The notes under the pieces: generated by a model | The model's input: only the letters and a program-made list of their open reading frames with translations | Database searches by the model: none | What the model was told of the DNA's origin: nothing | Shown here: positions 30,695-40,324 of the stretch, one piece after another | Layout of the letters: each line of letters opens with the position of its first letter | Position numbering within the stretch: the stretch's first letter is position 1 | Made by a program: the position numbers and the translations under genes | Assembly: GCA_965248055.1 (NCBI GenBank) | Contig: CBDFIJ010000004.1 | Coordinates: forward strand, 480,001 to 544,000 | Reading direction: 5' to 3' | Source: Candidatus Multivoradales bacterium | GTDB lineage: Bacteria; Acidobacteriota; Thermoanaerobaculia; Multivoradales; JAHEKO01 | DNA length: 64,000 nt

Positions 30695-32065
30695 TCAAAC
30701 GGACAGCTCCTGCGGCTTGTCTGGTGGAGGGCCGTAGTGAAGGTTGACCAGCGGTGCGGGTTGGTCACCGAAGGCAATTCCCATGTCCGCTAAGAACGCA
30801 AACGGCGGCACTCCACCGATGAGAACGAATACATAATCGTTAGCCAGTTCGACTCGGTCGCCTTCGGAGACTTCAAGGACCACACGATCGGTTTGAATCT
30901 CAATCACATGCGAACTGAAGATTACTTGTACGCTGCCTTTCGTCATCGCCTTTTCAATCCGTTCTTGGTTCTTTTTCTTGATCCGAAAAAAGTTCGATTT
31001 GCGATAGGACAGTGTTACTTCATTGCTGGAAATCCGGGCCAACCCCAGCGCCGCCTCAATAGCGCTATCTCCGCCACCTACGACCAGGACTTTCTCGCCG
31101 CAATAGGAAGCGGCATCGATCAACCGATACATGACCTTCTCTTGCTCTTCTCCTGGCACGCCCAACATGCGCGGCGTACCTCGGCGCCCCAAACACAGCA
31201 GTAAGGTCTTGGTGAGGAAGTCACCATGGCCACTTCCCACCAGAAATCCACCGGCCTTTGAAACAACGCTGCGCAACTCACTTTCAAACGCGATCTCAAG
31301 TCCACTATTGTCGACCAGGTCGGTGAACAAACTCAAGAGATGTTCCTTGCTGTACTCGGCTCTTGACAACTCTACTGAGGGACCCACTTTGACCGGTTGA
31401 GTTAAAACCATCTTGCGACGTGGGTAGTGCAGCAGCGTACCTCCAATACTTGCTTCTCGCTCGAGAAGCCGAAAGCGTAGTCCCAGCGTCTGAGCTTCAA
31501 GTGCGGCGCTCAAACCTGCGGGCCCGGCACCCACGACGACCAAGTCCAACTCGCTAGCTCCGTCAAGTCTTGTATCGAGAGTCCGAGCGATAGCCTGAAC
31601 TGCGTCGCGCCCTTGTTCGCAGGCGTTCTTTACTAGAGCCAAACCACCGAGTTCACCAGCAATATAGATCCCAGGAACAGTTGTCTGATACTGAACATCA
31701 AGCCGTGGAATATCGTCGCGCCCTATTAGGTCTCCTAAGCCCACTTCGATGGCGCCCACCGGGCAGGCCGTCTCGCAGTGGCCGTGACCAACGCAACGCA
31801 ACCCGTTGATAACGACCGCCGTCCCTCCAACGACCCCGAGAGGATCGCCTTCCGGACAAGCTTCAATGCACGCGGCACAACCAATGCAAAGATTGGCGTC
31901 GATGTAGGGGTACTGGGCCGTGGGTTGATCGATTCCCAACAACAACGCCTCGGCTTTCCGTTTTCGGTCGTGGTGACGCCGTCGTCGAAACCGAACCGCG
32001 TACGGAACCACAAGTGCTGCAGTTATCAGTAGTGCTACGCACCAGATCACCAAACTCTCACTCAC
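30695..32065 (-). CDS. membrane-anchored 4Fe-4S dicluster + thioredoxin-reductase-like NAD(P)/FAD oxidoreductase
   Basis: N-terminal TM; CIGCAACIEACP and CVGHGHCETACP; GAGPAG; GGGDSA. Confidence 0.85.
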   Translation of the reverse strand: MSESLVIWCVALLITAALVVPYAVRFRRRRHHDRKRKAEALLLGIDQPTAQYPYIDANLCIGCAACIEACPEGDPLGVVGGTAVVINGLRCVGHGHCETACPVGAIEVGLGDLIGRDDIPRLDVQYQTTVPGIYIAGELGGLALVKNACEQGRDAVQAIARTLDTRLDGASELDLVVVGAGPAGLSAALEAQTLGLRFRLLEREASIGGTLLHYPRRKMVLTQPVKVGPSVELSRAEYSKEHLLSLFTDLVDNSGLEIAFESELRSVVSKAGGFLVGSGHGDFLTKTLLLCLGRRGTPRMLGVPGEEQEKVMYRLIDAASYCGEKVLVVGGGDSAIEAALGLARISSNEVTLSYRKSNFFRIKKKNQERIEKAMTKGSVQVIFSSHVIEIQTDRVVLEVSEGDRVELANDYVFVLIGGVPPFAFLADMGIAFGDQPAPLVNLHYGPPPDKPQELSV

Positions 32066-32076
32066 TGGACTAGGCC

Positions 32077-33720
32077 CTAGAAACGATATCCGATTCCGGT
32101 CAACGCTCTCTTACCTTCCACGTCGTCACCGCTGCTGAGCTCAAACTCAGCGCGAGCGAAGAAACCTCGCGGCAATGCAAACCCACTGCTGAGGCGCACC
32201 CACTGGGTCTCTCGTTCGGCCATTAGGAAGGTCATGTCATCAATAGTTCGTGCACCGGCAATCAAGCCAACACGATGACCGCCGCGAAACCGCTTGCCGG
32301 CTCGCAAGGTTAGCGTCAGCCCTTCACTAAACTCATTGGTAAATGACAACACATTCACCATGGCACTGTACTTACGACCAAACAGATTATTGTGCCCAAC
32401 TCCGACACCCAACGAGGTGGCGTCGTCCGAATCGCCAGAACGTTCGCGGGTACCGGCGGTCAAGGTTGTCCTGAATCCCTGAGCCCTGCCGATCGTCCAG
32501 CGCGCACGCAATCCCTGGCGGCGGCTCTCATCGAACAGTTCTTCGGGAATAAACCGCGTCTCCTCAGTACGATAGCGCTCAAAACGGCTGTAGGAAATCG
32601 ACAACCGATTGAGTTCAGAAAGCTGCACGTTGCCATTCAAGAACAACGTAGACAATTGACTCGAAGTACCGCTGACTTGCTCACGCCAGCCTCGATTTAG
32701 ATCCACTTCAGCGCGCTGATAGAAGCTCCAGCGCTTGCTGCTAATTCTGGCTTGAGTAGCAACATACTCCCGGCTAACGTCAGTCTCCCCGTCTTCTCTC
32801 ACACCGGCGATCAGGAACGACCGATTGGTCTTCTTGCTAGTCGATTCATGGCGTGCGGTAAGACCGTAACTGGTGGACCCACTAGCGATGCCAAAATCCG
32901 ATATTTCTGCGCGAGAACCGCCAAACGCCCCCAGGTAGAACGCCCCTAAACGCACCTCACCGCCCACTCCGTCGAGTGTGCCAACGCCGGCCAGAGAACC
33001 AAGGCGCAGCCTGCCAACCATGGCCGCATACCTAGATTCCTCCGGGTTGTAGGTGAGAGATAGTTCGTACAAGCGGTCGCGATCTTCACTTACACTAGAC
33101 GAACCGTCGGAACCAACAACTCGATCCAAAGACCGGGTAGAAGAACGAACCCTCAATTGCAAAGGCAAACCTCCGAGATTGCGACCTCGGAGGTTGAGGC
33201 GGGCCGAACTACGGTCGAAGTCATGTTCGCGTCCTGAATCGTCGGTGAACTGCTCCCAGTCGACAGTCAAACTTCCGCTCACGCGAGACCGGAGGACAGG
33301 TTCGGCTTTTGATGCCGAGCGATACGCGGTTGACGGAGCCGTCGTTTCTGCATCCGCGGGGACTTGATTCACGGAGGGGTCGGTGCTGGTTTCTTCTTCG
33401 ACCGGCACCTCGCCCTGCCAAACCACTTGATCACCTGGCTCCAAGGTCTTACTACTCTCAACAATTCGGCAAGAAGCCGAGTGAGTGGCGACGAACAGCA
33501 CTTCAAGAACGCCAATCGTGTCTCCCCCTCGCACCACCTCCAGCTGATCACCGACCGCAATCCCCAGTCGCGCACCGCCATTCAGGTAAACCCGATCTCC
33601 GGTTTGGTACTGCACTTCCAAGGTCACTGCTTGAGCAACAAGAGATGCGGCAAGCACTAGCGTCGGCATCGCAACCAATACGATTTTCCGGATCTGCATT
33701 GCTGCCAACACGCTAGTCAT
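32077..33720 (-). CDS. outer-membrane beta-barrel protein (putative porin)
   Basis: signal peptide; alternating hydrophobic strands; C-terminal beta-signal GIGYRF; start 33720 or 33699. Confidence 0.75.
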   Translation of the reverse strand: MTSVLAAMQIRKIVLVAMPTLVLAASLVAQAVTLEVQYQTGDRVYLNGGARLGIAVGDQLEVVRGGDTIGVLEVLFVATHSASCRIVESSKTLEPGDQVVWQGEVPVEEETSTDPSVNQVPADAETTAPSTAYRSASKAEPVLRSRVSGSLTVDWEQFTDDSGREHDFDRSSARLNLRGRNLGGLPLQLRVRSSTRSLDRVVGSDGSSSVSEDRDRLYELSLTYNPEESRYAAMVGRLRLGSLAGVGTLDGVGGEVRLGAFYLGAFGGSRAEISDFGIASGSTSYGLTARHESTSKKTNRSFLIAGVREDGETDVSREYVATQARISSKRWSFYQRAEVDLNRGWREQVSGTSSQLSTLFLNGNVQLSELNRLSISYSRFERYRTEETRFIPEELFDESRRQGLRARWTIGRAQGFRTTLTAGTRERSGDSDDATSLGVGVGHNNLFGRKYSAMVNVLSFTNEFSEGLTLTLRAGKRFRGGHRVGLIAGARTIDDMTFLMAERETQWVRLSSGFALPRGFFARAEFELSSGDDVEGKRALTGIGYRF

Positions 33721-35605
33721 CTCCGTCTGGGTGGCATTCAAGACAGGCACGGCTCTCGTACACATATCCGCTCACATCGTCATGATCGTCGTCAGTCTCT
33801 GATCGGCTATGTTCGTGGCAGTTAATGCACTCAAACACGCTGAAATCACTGGGTACGACGTGGCAGTCGGCACAGGTGTCCCATTCGTCACGGTGGTTTC
33901 CGGAGTCGATGGGGAAATACATGCCGTCGTGATTGAAATCAGCGTCCTCCCAGTCGTTGATGTTGTGGCAATCCTCACAGCTTGTAGGGAAACCAGCAGC
34001 TCGATGATCGGGGTCGTTGGTGTTGTCGTAGTCACTACGATGACAAGACACACACTCTGTAGAGGTATTGTCGAAACCATCGCTGTGGCAATCTTCGCAG
34101 TCGAGCCCACCATGACCACCGCGAAGTGGAAACGAATCGTGGTCAAAATTCGCGTCTTCCCAATCCACAATGTTGTGACAGTCCTGGCAGGTGGTGGGAA
34201 ACCCGGACTCAGCATGATTGGGGTCGCTGGTGTTGTCATAATCGGAGCGATGACACGACACACACTCGCTTGAAGTGTTATCAAAGCCATCACTGTGACA
34301 GTCCTCGCAGTCGAGCCCACCATGCCCGTCCCGTAGCGCAAAGAAGGTGTGATCGACTGTGGCGCCTTCCCATTCGACGATGTTGTGGCAGTCCTCACAC
34401 ATCGTCGAGATTCCCGACGCAGCGTGATCGGGGTCGCTGGTGTTGTCATAATCGAAGCGATGACACGACACGCACTCACTCGAAGTATTGTCAAAGCCAT
34501 CGCTGTGACAGTCTTCGCAGTCGAGCCCACCATGCCCGTCCCGTAGCGCGAAGAAGGTGTGATCGATTGTGGCGCCCTCCCACTCGACGATGTTGTGGCA
34601 GTCCTCACACATCGTCGAGATTCCCGACGCAGCGTGATCGGGGTCGCTGGTGTTGTCATAGTCGGAGCGATGACACGACACACACTGGCTCGAAGTATTG
34701 TCAAAGCCATCGCTGTGACAGTCCTCGCAGTCGAGCCCACCATGCCCGTCCCGGAGCGGGAAAAAAGTGTGATCTAGGACCGCTCCCTCCCAGGCAGCCG
34801 TACCGTGGCAGTCTTCACACATGGTGGAAAATCCGGAGGCTTGGTGATCCGGGTCAGTAGTGCTGTTGTAGTCGTCGGCGTGGCAGGCGTAACAATCAGT
34901 CGGCGTCCCCGCGAAGCCGTCGGCATGGCAGGCAGAGCAATCGAGAGGGGCATGGGCACCGCGCAGTGGGTAAAAGGTTTCGTGGTCGAAACCGGAACCG
35001 CCAAAGATCGCCGGCGACCAACCCTCCACACCGTGGCATTTCTCGCAGTTGGTAGAAAAGCCCAATATCACATGGTTGATATCAGCGTTTTGGTAGTCAT
35101 CTACATGGCAGCCGAAGCACTCGGTCGGAGTCAACTGGAATTCGAAGGGCGGATCTTCGTTGTGACAGGCGGCGCAGTCAGTGGCGCGGTGCGCGCCGGA
35201 AAGCGGGAACAGGGTTTCATCGTGCCAGGCTGCAAAGTCCAAACGTGCATCCCAACTACTCGGCGTGTGACAAGCCTCGCACGCGAACCCGAGTTCACCG
35301 AGGTGAGGATCTAAATGGCAATCAGCGCAAGCAGAGGCGACCTTGGAAAATTCAAAATCCAAGTGACAACTCATGCACGAAACATCACCGTGCCCGGCGG
35401 CAAGATCGAACCCGGTTGACAATTCATGGTCGAACTTAAGCGGTGACAGCAAGGGAGACCATCCCACAGTCGAGTGACAGTCGCTGCAAGACCCCGACAA
35501 CTCGCCGTGCGGGCTCTCCGGGCTCGCCTGGGCGGTCAACGTGGTCGGCGCCAGGGTGGCCGCCGCAATTACCAGCAATCGACATAACTTCCGGCTGCTA
35601 CTCAT
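33713..35605 (-). CDS. multiheme c-type cytochrome, 25 CXXCH
   Basis: 25 CXXCH counted; signal peptide; triheme repeat DH-x-F-x-L-x-x-x-H...; very acidic. Confidence 0.93.
   Translation of the reverse strand: MSSSRKLCRLLVIAAATLAPTTLTAQASPESPHGELSGSCSDCHSTVGWSPLLSPLKFDHELSTGFDLAAGHGDVSCMSCHLDFEFSKVASACADCHLDPHLGELGFACEACHTPSSWDARLDFAAWHDETLFPLSGAHRATDCAACHNEDPPFEFQLTPTECFGCHVDDYQNADINHVILGFSTNCEKCHGVEGWSPAIFGGSGFDHETFYPLRGAHAPLDCSACHADGFAGTPTDCYACHADDYNSTTDPDHQASGFSTMCEDCHGTAAWEGAVLDHTFFPLRDGHGGLDCEDCHSDGFDNTSSQCVSCHRSDYDNTSDPDHAASGISTMCEDCHNIVEWEGATIDHTFFALRDGHGGLDCEDCHSDGFDNTSSECVSCHRFDYDNTSDPDHAASGISTMCEDCHNIVEWEGATVDHTFFALRDGHGGLDCEDCHSDGFDNTSSECVSCHRSDYDNTSDPNHAESGFPTTCQDCHNIVDWEDANFDHDSFPLRGGHGGLDCEDCHSDGFDNTSTECVSCHRSDYDNTNDPDHRAAGFPTSCEDCHNINDWEDADFNHDGMYFPIDSGNHRDEWDTCADCHVVPSDFSVFECINCHEHSRSETDDDHDDVSGYVYESRACLECHPDGDD
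33950..34790 (-). repeat. four tandem 210-bp coding repeats (70 aa, three hemes each)
   Basis: equivalent anchor C(G/A)CTGTG(A/G)CA(G/A)TC(C/T)TCGCAGTCGAGCCCACCATG at 34081, 34291, 34501 and 34711. Confidence 0.92.
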
Positions 35606-35745
35606 AAGAATAGAGTCTCCAGCCGGACAGCCACAGAGCAACGGAAAAGATGGCTATGGCAACGATCATATCCGTGGATGTTCATCGATTCGTTTTGATA
35701 GTGCTCTCGTTGGCACTAAATTAGGATACCAAGCCTAAGTTACAG

Positions 35746-35761
35746 TGTGATGACCGTCATT
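35746..35761. promoter_or_regulatory. CRP/FNR-family-like site in divergent intergenic region
   Basis: TGTGA-TGACCG-TCATT versus consensus TGTGA-N6-TCACA. Confidence 0.35.
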
Positions 35762-35859
35762 TTGCAGTCGCAATCTGGCCTTAATGGTTGAGTTGATAGA
35801 CGTGAGCTTTACCAGAAATCTCTATCTCTGGCGCAAGAACTGAAAGAATCAACCAACCG

Positions 35860-36765
35860 GTGCCAACCCGCAAGTCCCAATCAACCACCGCCGCCACCCC
35901 ATCGGCAGTCCTTACTCGCCCACGGCTACCTTGGGCGGTCGGGGTTCTCTATGTGCTTTCGTTGGTCGTTCTAGCCTATTTCGCAGTCAATGGCTGGGAC
36001 TACTACACCACACCGCTGATCGAACGACCTCGCCACGAATTGTACTGGGCGTTAAAGCCCGGCGGCGAACTGGGTCGAGTTTTCGGAATCGTCGGTACCG
36101 CCTTGATGCTCTTGATGTTGTCGTACTCAGTACGCAGGAGATGGAAAGCCCTGGCAGGAATCGGGAACTTGGCTACCTGGCTTGATTTTCATATTTTCTG
36201 TGGAATCATCGGACCACTCTTTGTTGTTCTTCACAGCTCGTTCAAAGTGACTGGACTGGTAGCGCTGAGTTTTTGGTCGATGGTGCTGGTTGCGGCCAGC
36301 GGCGTAGTGGGTCGGTTTCTCTACCAGCAGATTCCGCGGCGACGGTCCGGGGACGAATTGAGTCTCGCTGAAGTTGAGGCAAGAAGACAAAGGGCGAAAC
36401 TCAGCTTATCGAGGGATTTCGGTGTCACCATAATCCACTTACAGCGCATCGAGGAAGTCGCCCTGGCAGGAGTCGATTCACAAGCTGGACTGCTGAAGGC
36501 CCTGCTAACCATGCCGGTGGCAACATCGATCGTTCGGCTGCGCATCCGCCATCTTGCCCGCCAGTTCCCTTCGGTAAATAAAAGCCAACTTGGCCGACTG
36601 CTCGAAGAGCAAGCGCTATTATCCATGCGAGTATCGATGTGGAAGCGGACCCATGAGCTGTTCCACTACTGGCACGTTCTGCACCGCCCTTTTGCCCTAG
36701 TTATGTATCTTTTCGCCGCAGTCCACATTATCGTAGCAACGGTCACTGGCTACGGCTTCAACTGA
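35860..36765 (+). CDS. inner-membrane protein with heme-b-type His ligands (ferric-reductase/cytochrome b-like)
   Basis: about 5 TM helices; WLDFHIFCG..LHS and WHVLHRPF..VHI, each a His pair 13 residues apart; TGATG overlap with the next gene. Confidence 0.7.
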   Translation: MPTRKSQSTTAATPSAVLTRPRLPWAVGVLYVLSLVVLAYFAVNGWDYYTTPLIERPRHELYWALKPGGELGRVFGIVGTALMLLMLSYSVRRRWKALAGIGNLATWLDFHIFCGIIGPLFVVLHSSFKVTGLVALSFWSMVLVAASGVVGRFLYQQIPRRRSGDELSLAEVEARRQRAKLSLSRDFGVTIIHLQRIEEVALAGVDSQAGLLKALLTMPVATSIVRLRIRHLARQFPSVNKSQLGRLLEEQALLSMRVSMWKRTHELFHYWHVLHRPFALVMYLFAAVHIIVATVTGYGFN

Positions 36766-38636
36766 TGCAGCGACGACTCGTCGCAGCTTGCCTGGGAGGA
36801 ATCTTTCTGTTCGCTGTCCCGACAACAGCTCAGATCTCCCCCGGCCCGCTGGCCGACTCCCACAGCGACCTAGAAGGCAGTGGCAACTGCCTCAAATGCC
36901 ACACTCGCGGGGAAGGAGTCGAACCTAGCAAGTGTCTAAGCTGCCACCAGCCGCTACAACAGCGAATTGAGCGCGGCACCGGGCTGCATGCCGCAGTTGG
37001 CTATGAAGCCTGCAAAATCTGCCACATCGATCATCATGGTCGGTCGTTTGATTTGATCTATTGGGGCGATCAAGGGGTCGAAGAATTCGACCACACTCTG
37101 ACCGGCTATCCATTGAAAGGCGGCCATCTAAAGATTGATTGTCGAGATTGCCATCGTTCGGAATCCGTAGTCGATCCGGGGCCGCTTGTCCAAACCGGGA
37201 AGAAACTAAACCGGACGTATCTAGGCTTGAGCCCAGAATGCAATTCTTGCCACGCGGACACGCACCAGACTCAATTTGGCTCAACCCCTTGTGATTCGTG
37301 CCACCTTGTTGACGGTTGGAAGCCAGCTAGCCAGTTTGACCACGACCAATCCAACTTCGTACTCTCCGGTGGCCACCAAGAAGTTGCGTGCAATGGGTGT
37401 CATGATTCCGAAAACAGTGCCTCTGGGGACCTAGTTACGCGCTTCAAGCCGGTCCAACACCGGCTGTGTTCCGATTGCCACGCCGACCCCCACAGCGGCA
37501 GCCTGGGAGCCGAGTGCATGAGTTGCCACGGTACTTCTTCCTGGTCTGCGATCATTGGTTTCGACCACGACCGAACGAACTTTCCGCTAACTGGCGGTCA
37601 TCGGCAGGCTGCGTGTAGCGGCTGTCACCGAAATCAACGAGCAAAGCAACAGTACTCCAACATCGCCCACGCGGCTTGTACCGACTGCCATTCCGATCCA
37701 CACGAAAACAGACTCAGTGCCGAGTGCAAGTCTTGCCACACAACCTTGAGCTGGGCGGAAATTGCACCTGAAGCGTTCAACCACGAACAAACAAACTATC
37801 CTCTTGAAGGATCTCACCAAAACCTAGAGTGTGTATCTTGCCATCGAGTTGGCGAACCTTTGAGGATCACCGGCTTTGAACGCTGCGGCACCTGCCACGT
37901 TGATACTCACCTCGGTCAATTCACTCACCTAGGCTCACTAGGTGAATGCGCAACCTGTCACAACGTCAACGCGTTCTTACCGGCTCATTTTTCGTTGGAG
38001 GACCACCAGCAAAGCCGCTTTCCTCTTACTGGCCTACATCAAGCGATTCCTTGTCTGGCCTGCCACCAAGAAGCCGTCATCAGATCATCCGACGGTCGCA
38101 CTGAGAGCTTGGCCAGGAAGTTTCTCTTTGACGATTTGACCTGCTCTGCTTGCCATCGAGACCCTCACCAAGGTTCCGCCGACACTTGGCTGGCTCAAGA
38201 CGGGTGTTCAACCTGCCACACAACCGCTGCTTGGAATACCACCCGTTACGACCACAACGCTACTGAGTTCCCTTTGGAAGGGATGCATCTTTCAGTACCC
38301 TGTTCCGGATGTCACGCTGAAAATCTAACTGCCCAGCAACAAACTGAGGGGCAATACCCACTACGCCTTGCGGCAACGCCCAAGGAGTGCGCCTCCTGTC
38401 ATCAGGATATCCATCTAGGGCAGTTTTCTGGACGAGCTGGCGCCTGCCAGAGCTGCCATGCCAGCACAAGCTGGCAGGATCTCTCCTTTGACCACAATCG
38501 AGATGCGCGCTTTCCACTGGAAGGCGCTCACGCCGCCGCTTCATGTGCCTCCTGCCATTTTTTCGCCTCGCAGAACGAACCGGTTCGTTACGCACCGTTG
38601 CCAATTCTCTGTAACGATTGCCACAGTCAGAGCTAA
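36765..38636 (+). CDS. multiheme c-type cytochrome, 23 CXXCH
   Basis: 23 CXXCH counted; signal peptide ending before QISPG; FDH..T.FPL.G.H triheme repeats. Confidence 0.93.
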   Translation: MQRRLVAACLGGIFLFAVPTTAQISPGPLADSHSDLEGSGNCLKCHTRGEGVEPSKCLSCHQPLQQRIERGTGLHAAVGYEACKICHIDHHGRSFDLIYWGDQGVEEFDHTLTGYPLKGGHLKIDCRDCHRSESVVDPGPLVQTGKKLNRTYLGLSPECNSCHADTHQTQFGSTPCDSCHLVDGWKPASQFDHDQSNFVLSGGHQEVACNGCHDSENSASGDLVTRFKPVQHRLCSDCHADPHSGSLGAECMSCHGTSSWSAIIGFDHDRTNFPLTGGHRQAACSGCHRNQRAKQQYSNIAHAACTDCHSDPHENRLSAECKSCHTTLSWAEIAPEAFNHEQTNYPLEGSHQNLECVSCHRVGEPLRITGFERCGTCHVDTHLGQFTHLGSLGECATCHNVNAFLPAHFSLEDHQQSRFPLTGLHQAIPCLACHQEAVIRSSDGRTESLARKFLFDDLTCSACHRDPHQGSADTWLAQDGCSTCHTTAAWNTTRYDHNATEFPLEGMHLSVPCSGCHAENLTAQQQTEGQYPLRLAATPKECASCHQDIHLGQFSGRAGACQSCHASTSWQDLSFDHNRDARFPLEGAHAAASCASCHFFASQNEPVRYAPLPILCNDCHSQS

Positions 38637-38860
38637 TACCGTTACTACCACCGACGCAGCCCATTGAAGTGTTCCGCCGCGGACCTGTAGTTGGTCGAAG
38701 TTGCACCACCATACCTGGTAGGCGACTGGAGAGCCTCCCTCAGGATTACAAGCGTTGGTCTCGTGTTGCCTCGAGAGCGCCCTCTCTCATGGCGTCGATC
38801 AAGCTCCCTTCTTGTCATCGATCAGTAAAAGGGTCAGAGGCTGACAGATCCCCCTCGTTC

Positions 38861-38898
38861 GTCATCCCGGCGCCAGGGCGGACGGGGGGCCGAGATCT
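38861..38898. repeat. REP-like element of GTCATCCC type
   Basis: reverse complement resembles 53373-53410. Confidence 0.5.
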
Positions 38899-38960
38899 AT
38901 GCTGTTACTGGCTCGATCCCTGGCGGTTGAGCCGCTTGTCGTAGTCCAGAAAGACGATCT

Positions 38961-40324
38961 GGATCCGTCCCGATTGTTGTGGAAATTGAGAAAGGCGTAA
39001 CCTCCGGTAGTCAAAAACCGTCGCCGAGTAGGCGAAAGGAGGCTACGCCATGGACAAGAGTACCAATCAGAGACCGGAATCATCTCGTTTCCACCAAGAT
39101 ATTCAGTCAAAGCTTCAGCACCGTATCCGGGAAGCAATCGAAATAGTTCTAGAAGAAGAGCTTGCTGACGCATTGGGTTGTGTTGCGTACGAGCGCTCAG
39201 ATGAGCGCTCGGGCTATCGCAACGGCAAACAAGAGCGGACGATCACGACCCGATACGGATCCCGGCAACTGCGAATTCCTCGTGGTCGGGTAGTAGGCCA
39301 AGATGGATCCACTGAGGAGTTTCAAAGCCAGCTTGTTGAGCGCTACCAGCGGCGCACCCGAGAGGTGGATGAAGCGATTCTCGGCTGCTACCTAGCAGGG
39401 GCCAACAGCCGTCGGATCAAGAAGGCCTTGACTCCACTGCTGGGCAGGGAGCATCTATCCAAGAGCGCTGTGTCTCGGGTGGTATCTCGTTTGAAGGAGC
39501 ACTTTGCCCGTTGGAGTGATCGAGGCCTGTCCGAGGAAAGCTACCCGATCTTGTTTCTTGATGGCTTTCACTTGAAAGTGCGGCTTGCTCGGCGCGTGGT
39601 GTCAGCTCCGGTGCTGGCTGCTCTGGGGGTAAGAAAAGATGGCACCAAGGTACTGGTAGCTCTACGGTTAGCAGCCAGTGAGGCAGGCAGTCACTGGAAG
39701 TGGTTGATTGAAGATCTTAAACGCAGGGGCTTGAAAGCACCGCATCTCCTGGTCTCAGACGGCCACAAGGGCTTGGCGGTGGGAGTCAGGGCTTGGCCAG
39801 AGGCCAAAGTCCAGCGCTGTATCCAGCACAAGTGGGAAAACCTGAAGAAGCACTGCCCTAAGCATGCTCATGGTGAGCTCAAGCGAGACTGGGATCAAGT
39901 GGTGCGAGCCCAAGATGCCCTGGCGGCCCGAGAGAGTTATTCAATCTTTGTTACCAAGTGGTCCAAGCTGGTGCCCGCAGTAGCCAGGAGTTTTCAAGAG
40001 GCTGGGATGGAACTGATCACTTTCTACGATTTACCGAGATCATTGTGGCGATCCACAAGGACCACCAACGCGCTGGAGAATCTCAACCGTGAGTTTCGGC
40101 GCCGTACCAAGACCCAAGGCTCATTCTCGACTGAGGCAGCGGGTGTTACCTTGCTCTGGGGACTCGTCGCTTTCGGTCAGATCAAGATGCACCGCATCAA
40201 CGGCTACCAAGACTTGCACCGGATGCTTGACCGTCAAGCAGCCGCGTAGGACTAGAATCAACTAAACCTGACTGCGGGAGACGCTACGCCAAATACCAAT
40301 TTCCACAAGATTCGGGACACATCC
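38961..40324 (+). mobile_element. IS256-family insertion sequence, 1364 bp
   Basis: 27-bp imperfect IRs GGATCCGTCCCGATTGTTGTGGAAATT / AATTTCCACAAGATTCGGGACACATCC; 8-bp TSD GACGATCT. Confidence 0.95.
39050..40249 (+). CDS. IS256 family transposase
   Basis: YRNG, LFLDG, VSDGHKG, QRCIQH, TTNALENLNRE. Confidence 0.95.
   Translation: MDKSTNQRPESSRFHQDIQSKLQHRIREAIEIVLEEELADALGCVAYERSDERSGYRNGKQERTITTRYGSRQLRIPRGRVVGQDGSTEEFQSQLVERYQRRTREVDEAILGCYLAGANSRRIKKALTPLLGREHLSKSAVSRVVSRLKEHFARWSDRGLSEESYPILFLDGFHLKVRLARRVVSAPVLAALGVRKDGTKVLVALRLAASEAGSHWKWLIEDLKRRGLKAPHLLVSDGHKGLAVGVRAWPEAKVQRCIQHKWENLKKHCPKHAHGELKRDWDQVVRAQDALAARESYSIFVTKWSKLVPAVARSFQEAGMELITFYDLPRSLWRSTRTTNALENLNREFRRRTKTQGSFSTEAAGVTLLWGLVAFGQIKMHRINGYQDLHRMLDRQAAA

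Noticed and set aside
33950-34790. Regular long repeats as a CRISPR array
   Set aside because: In-frame 210-bp coding repeats with no unique spacers and no cas genes.
35710-35726. Sigma-54 promoter (TGGCAC)
   Set aside because: The -12 TTGC element is absent at the required spacing.
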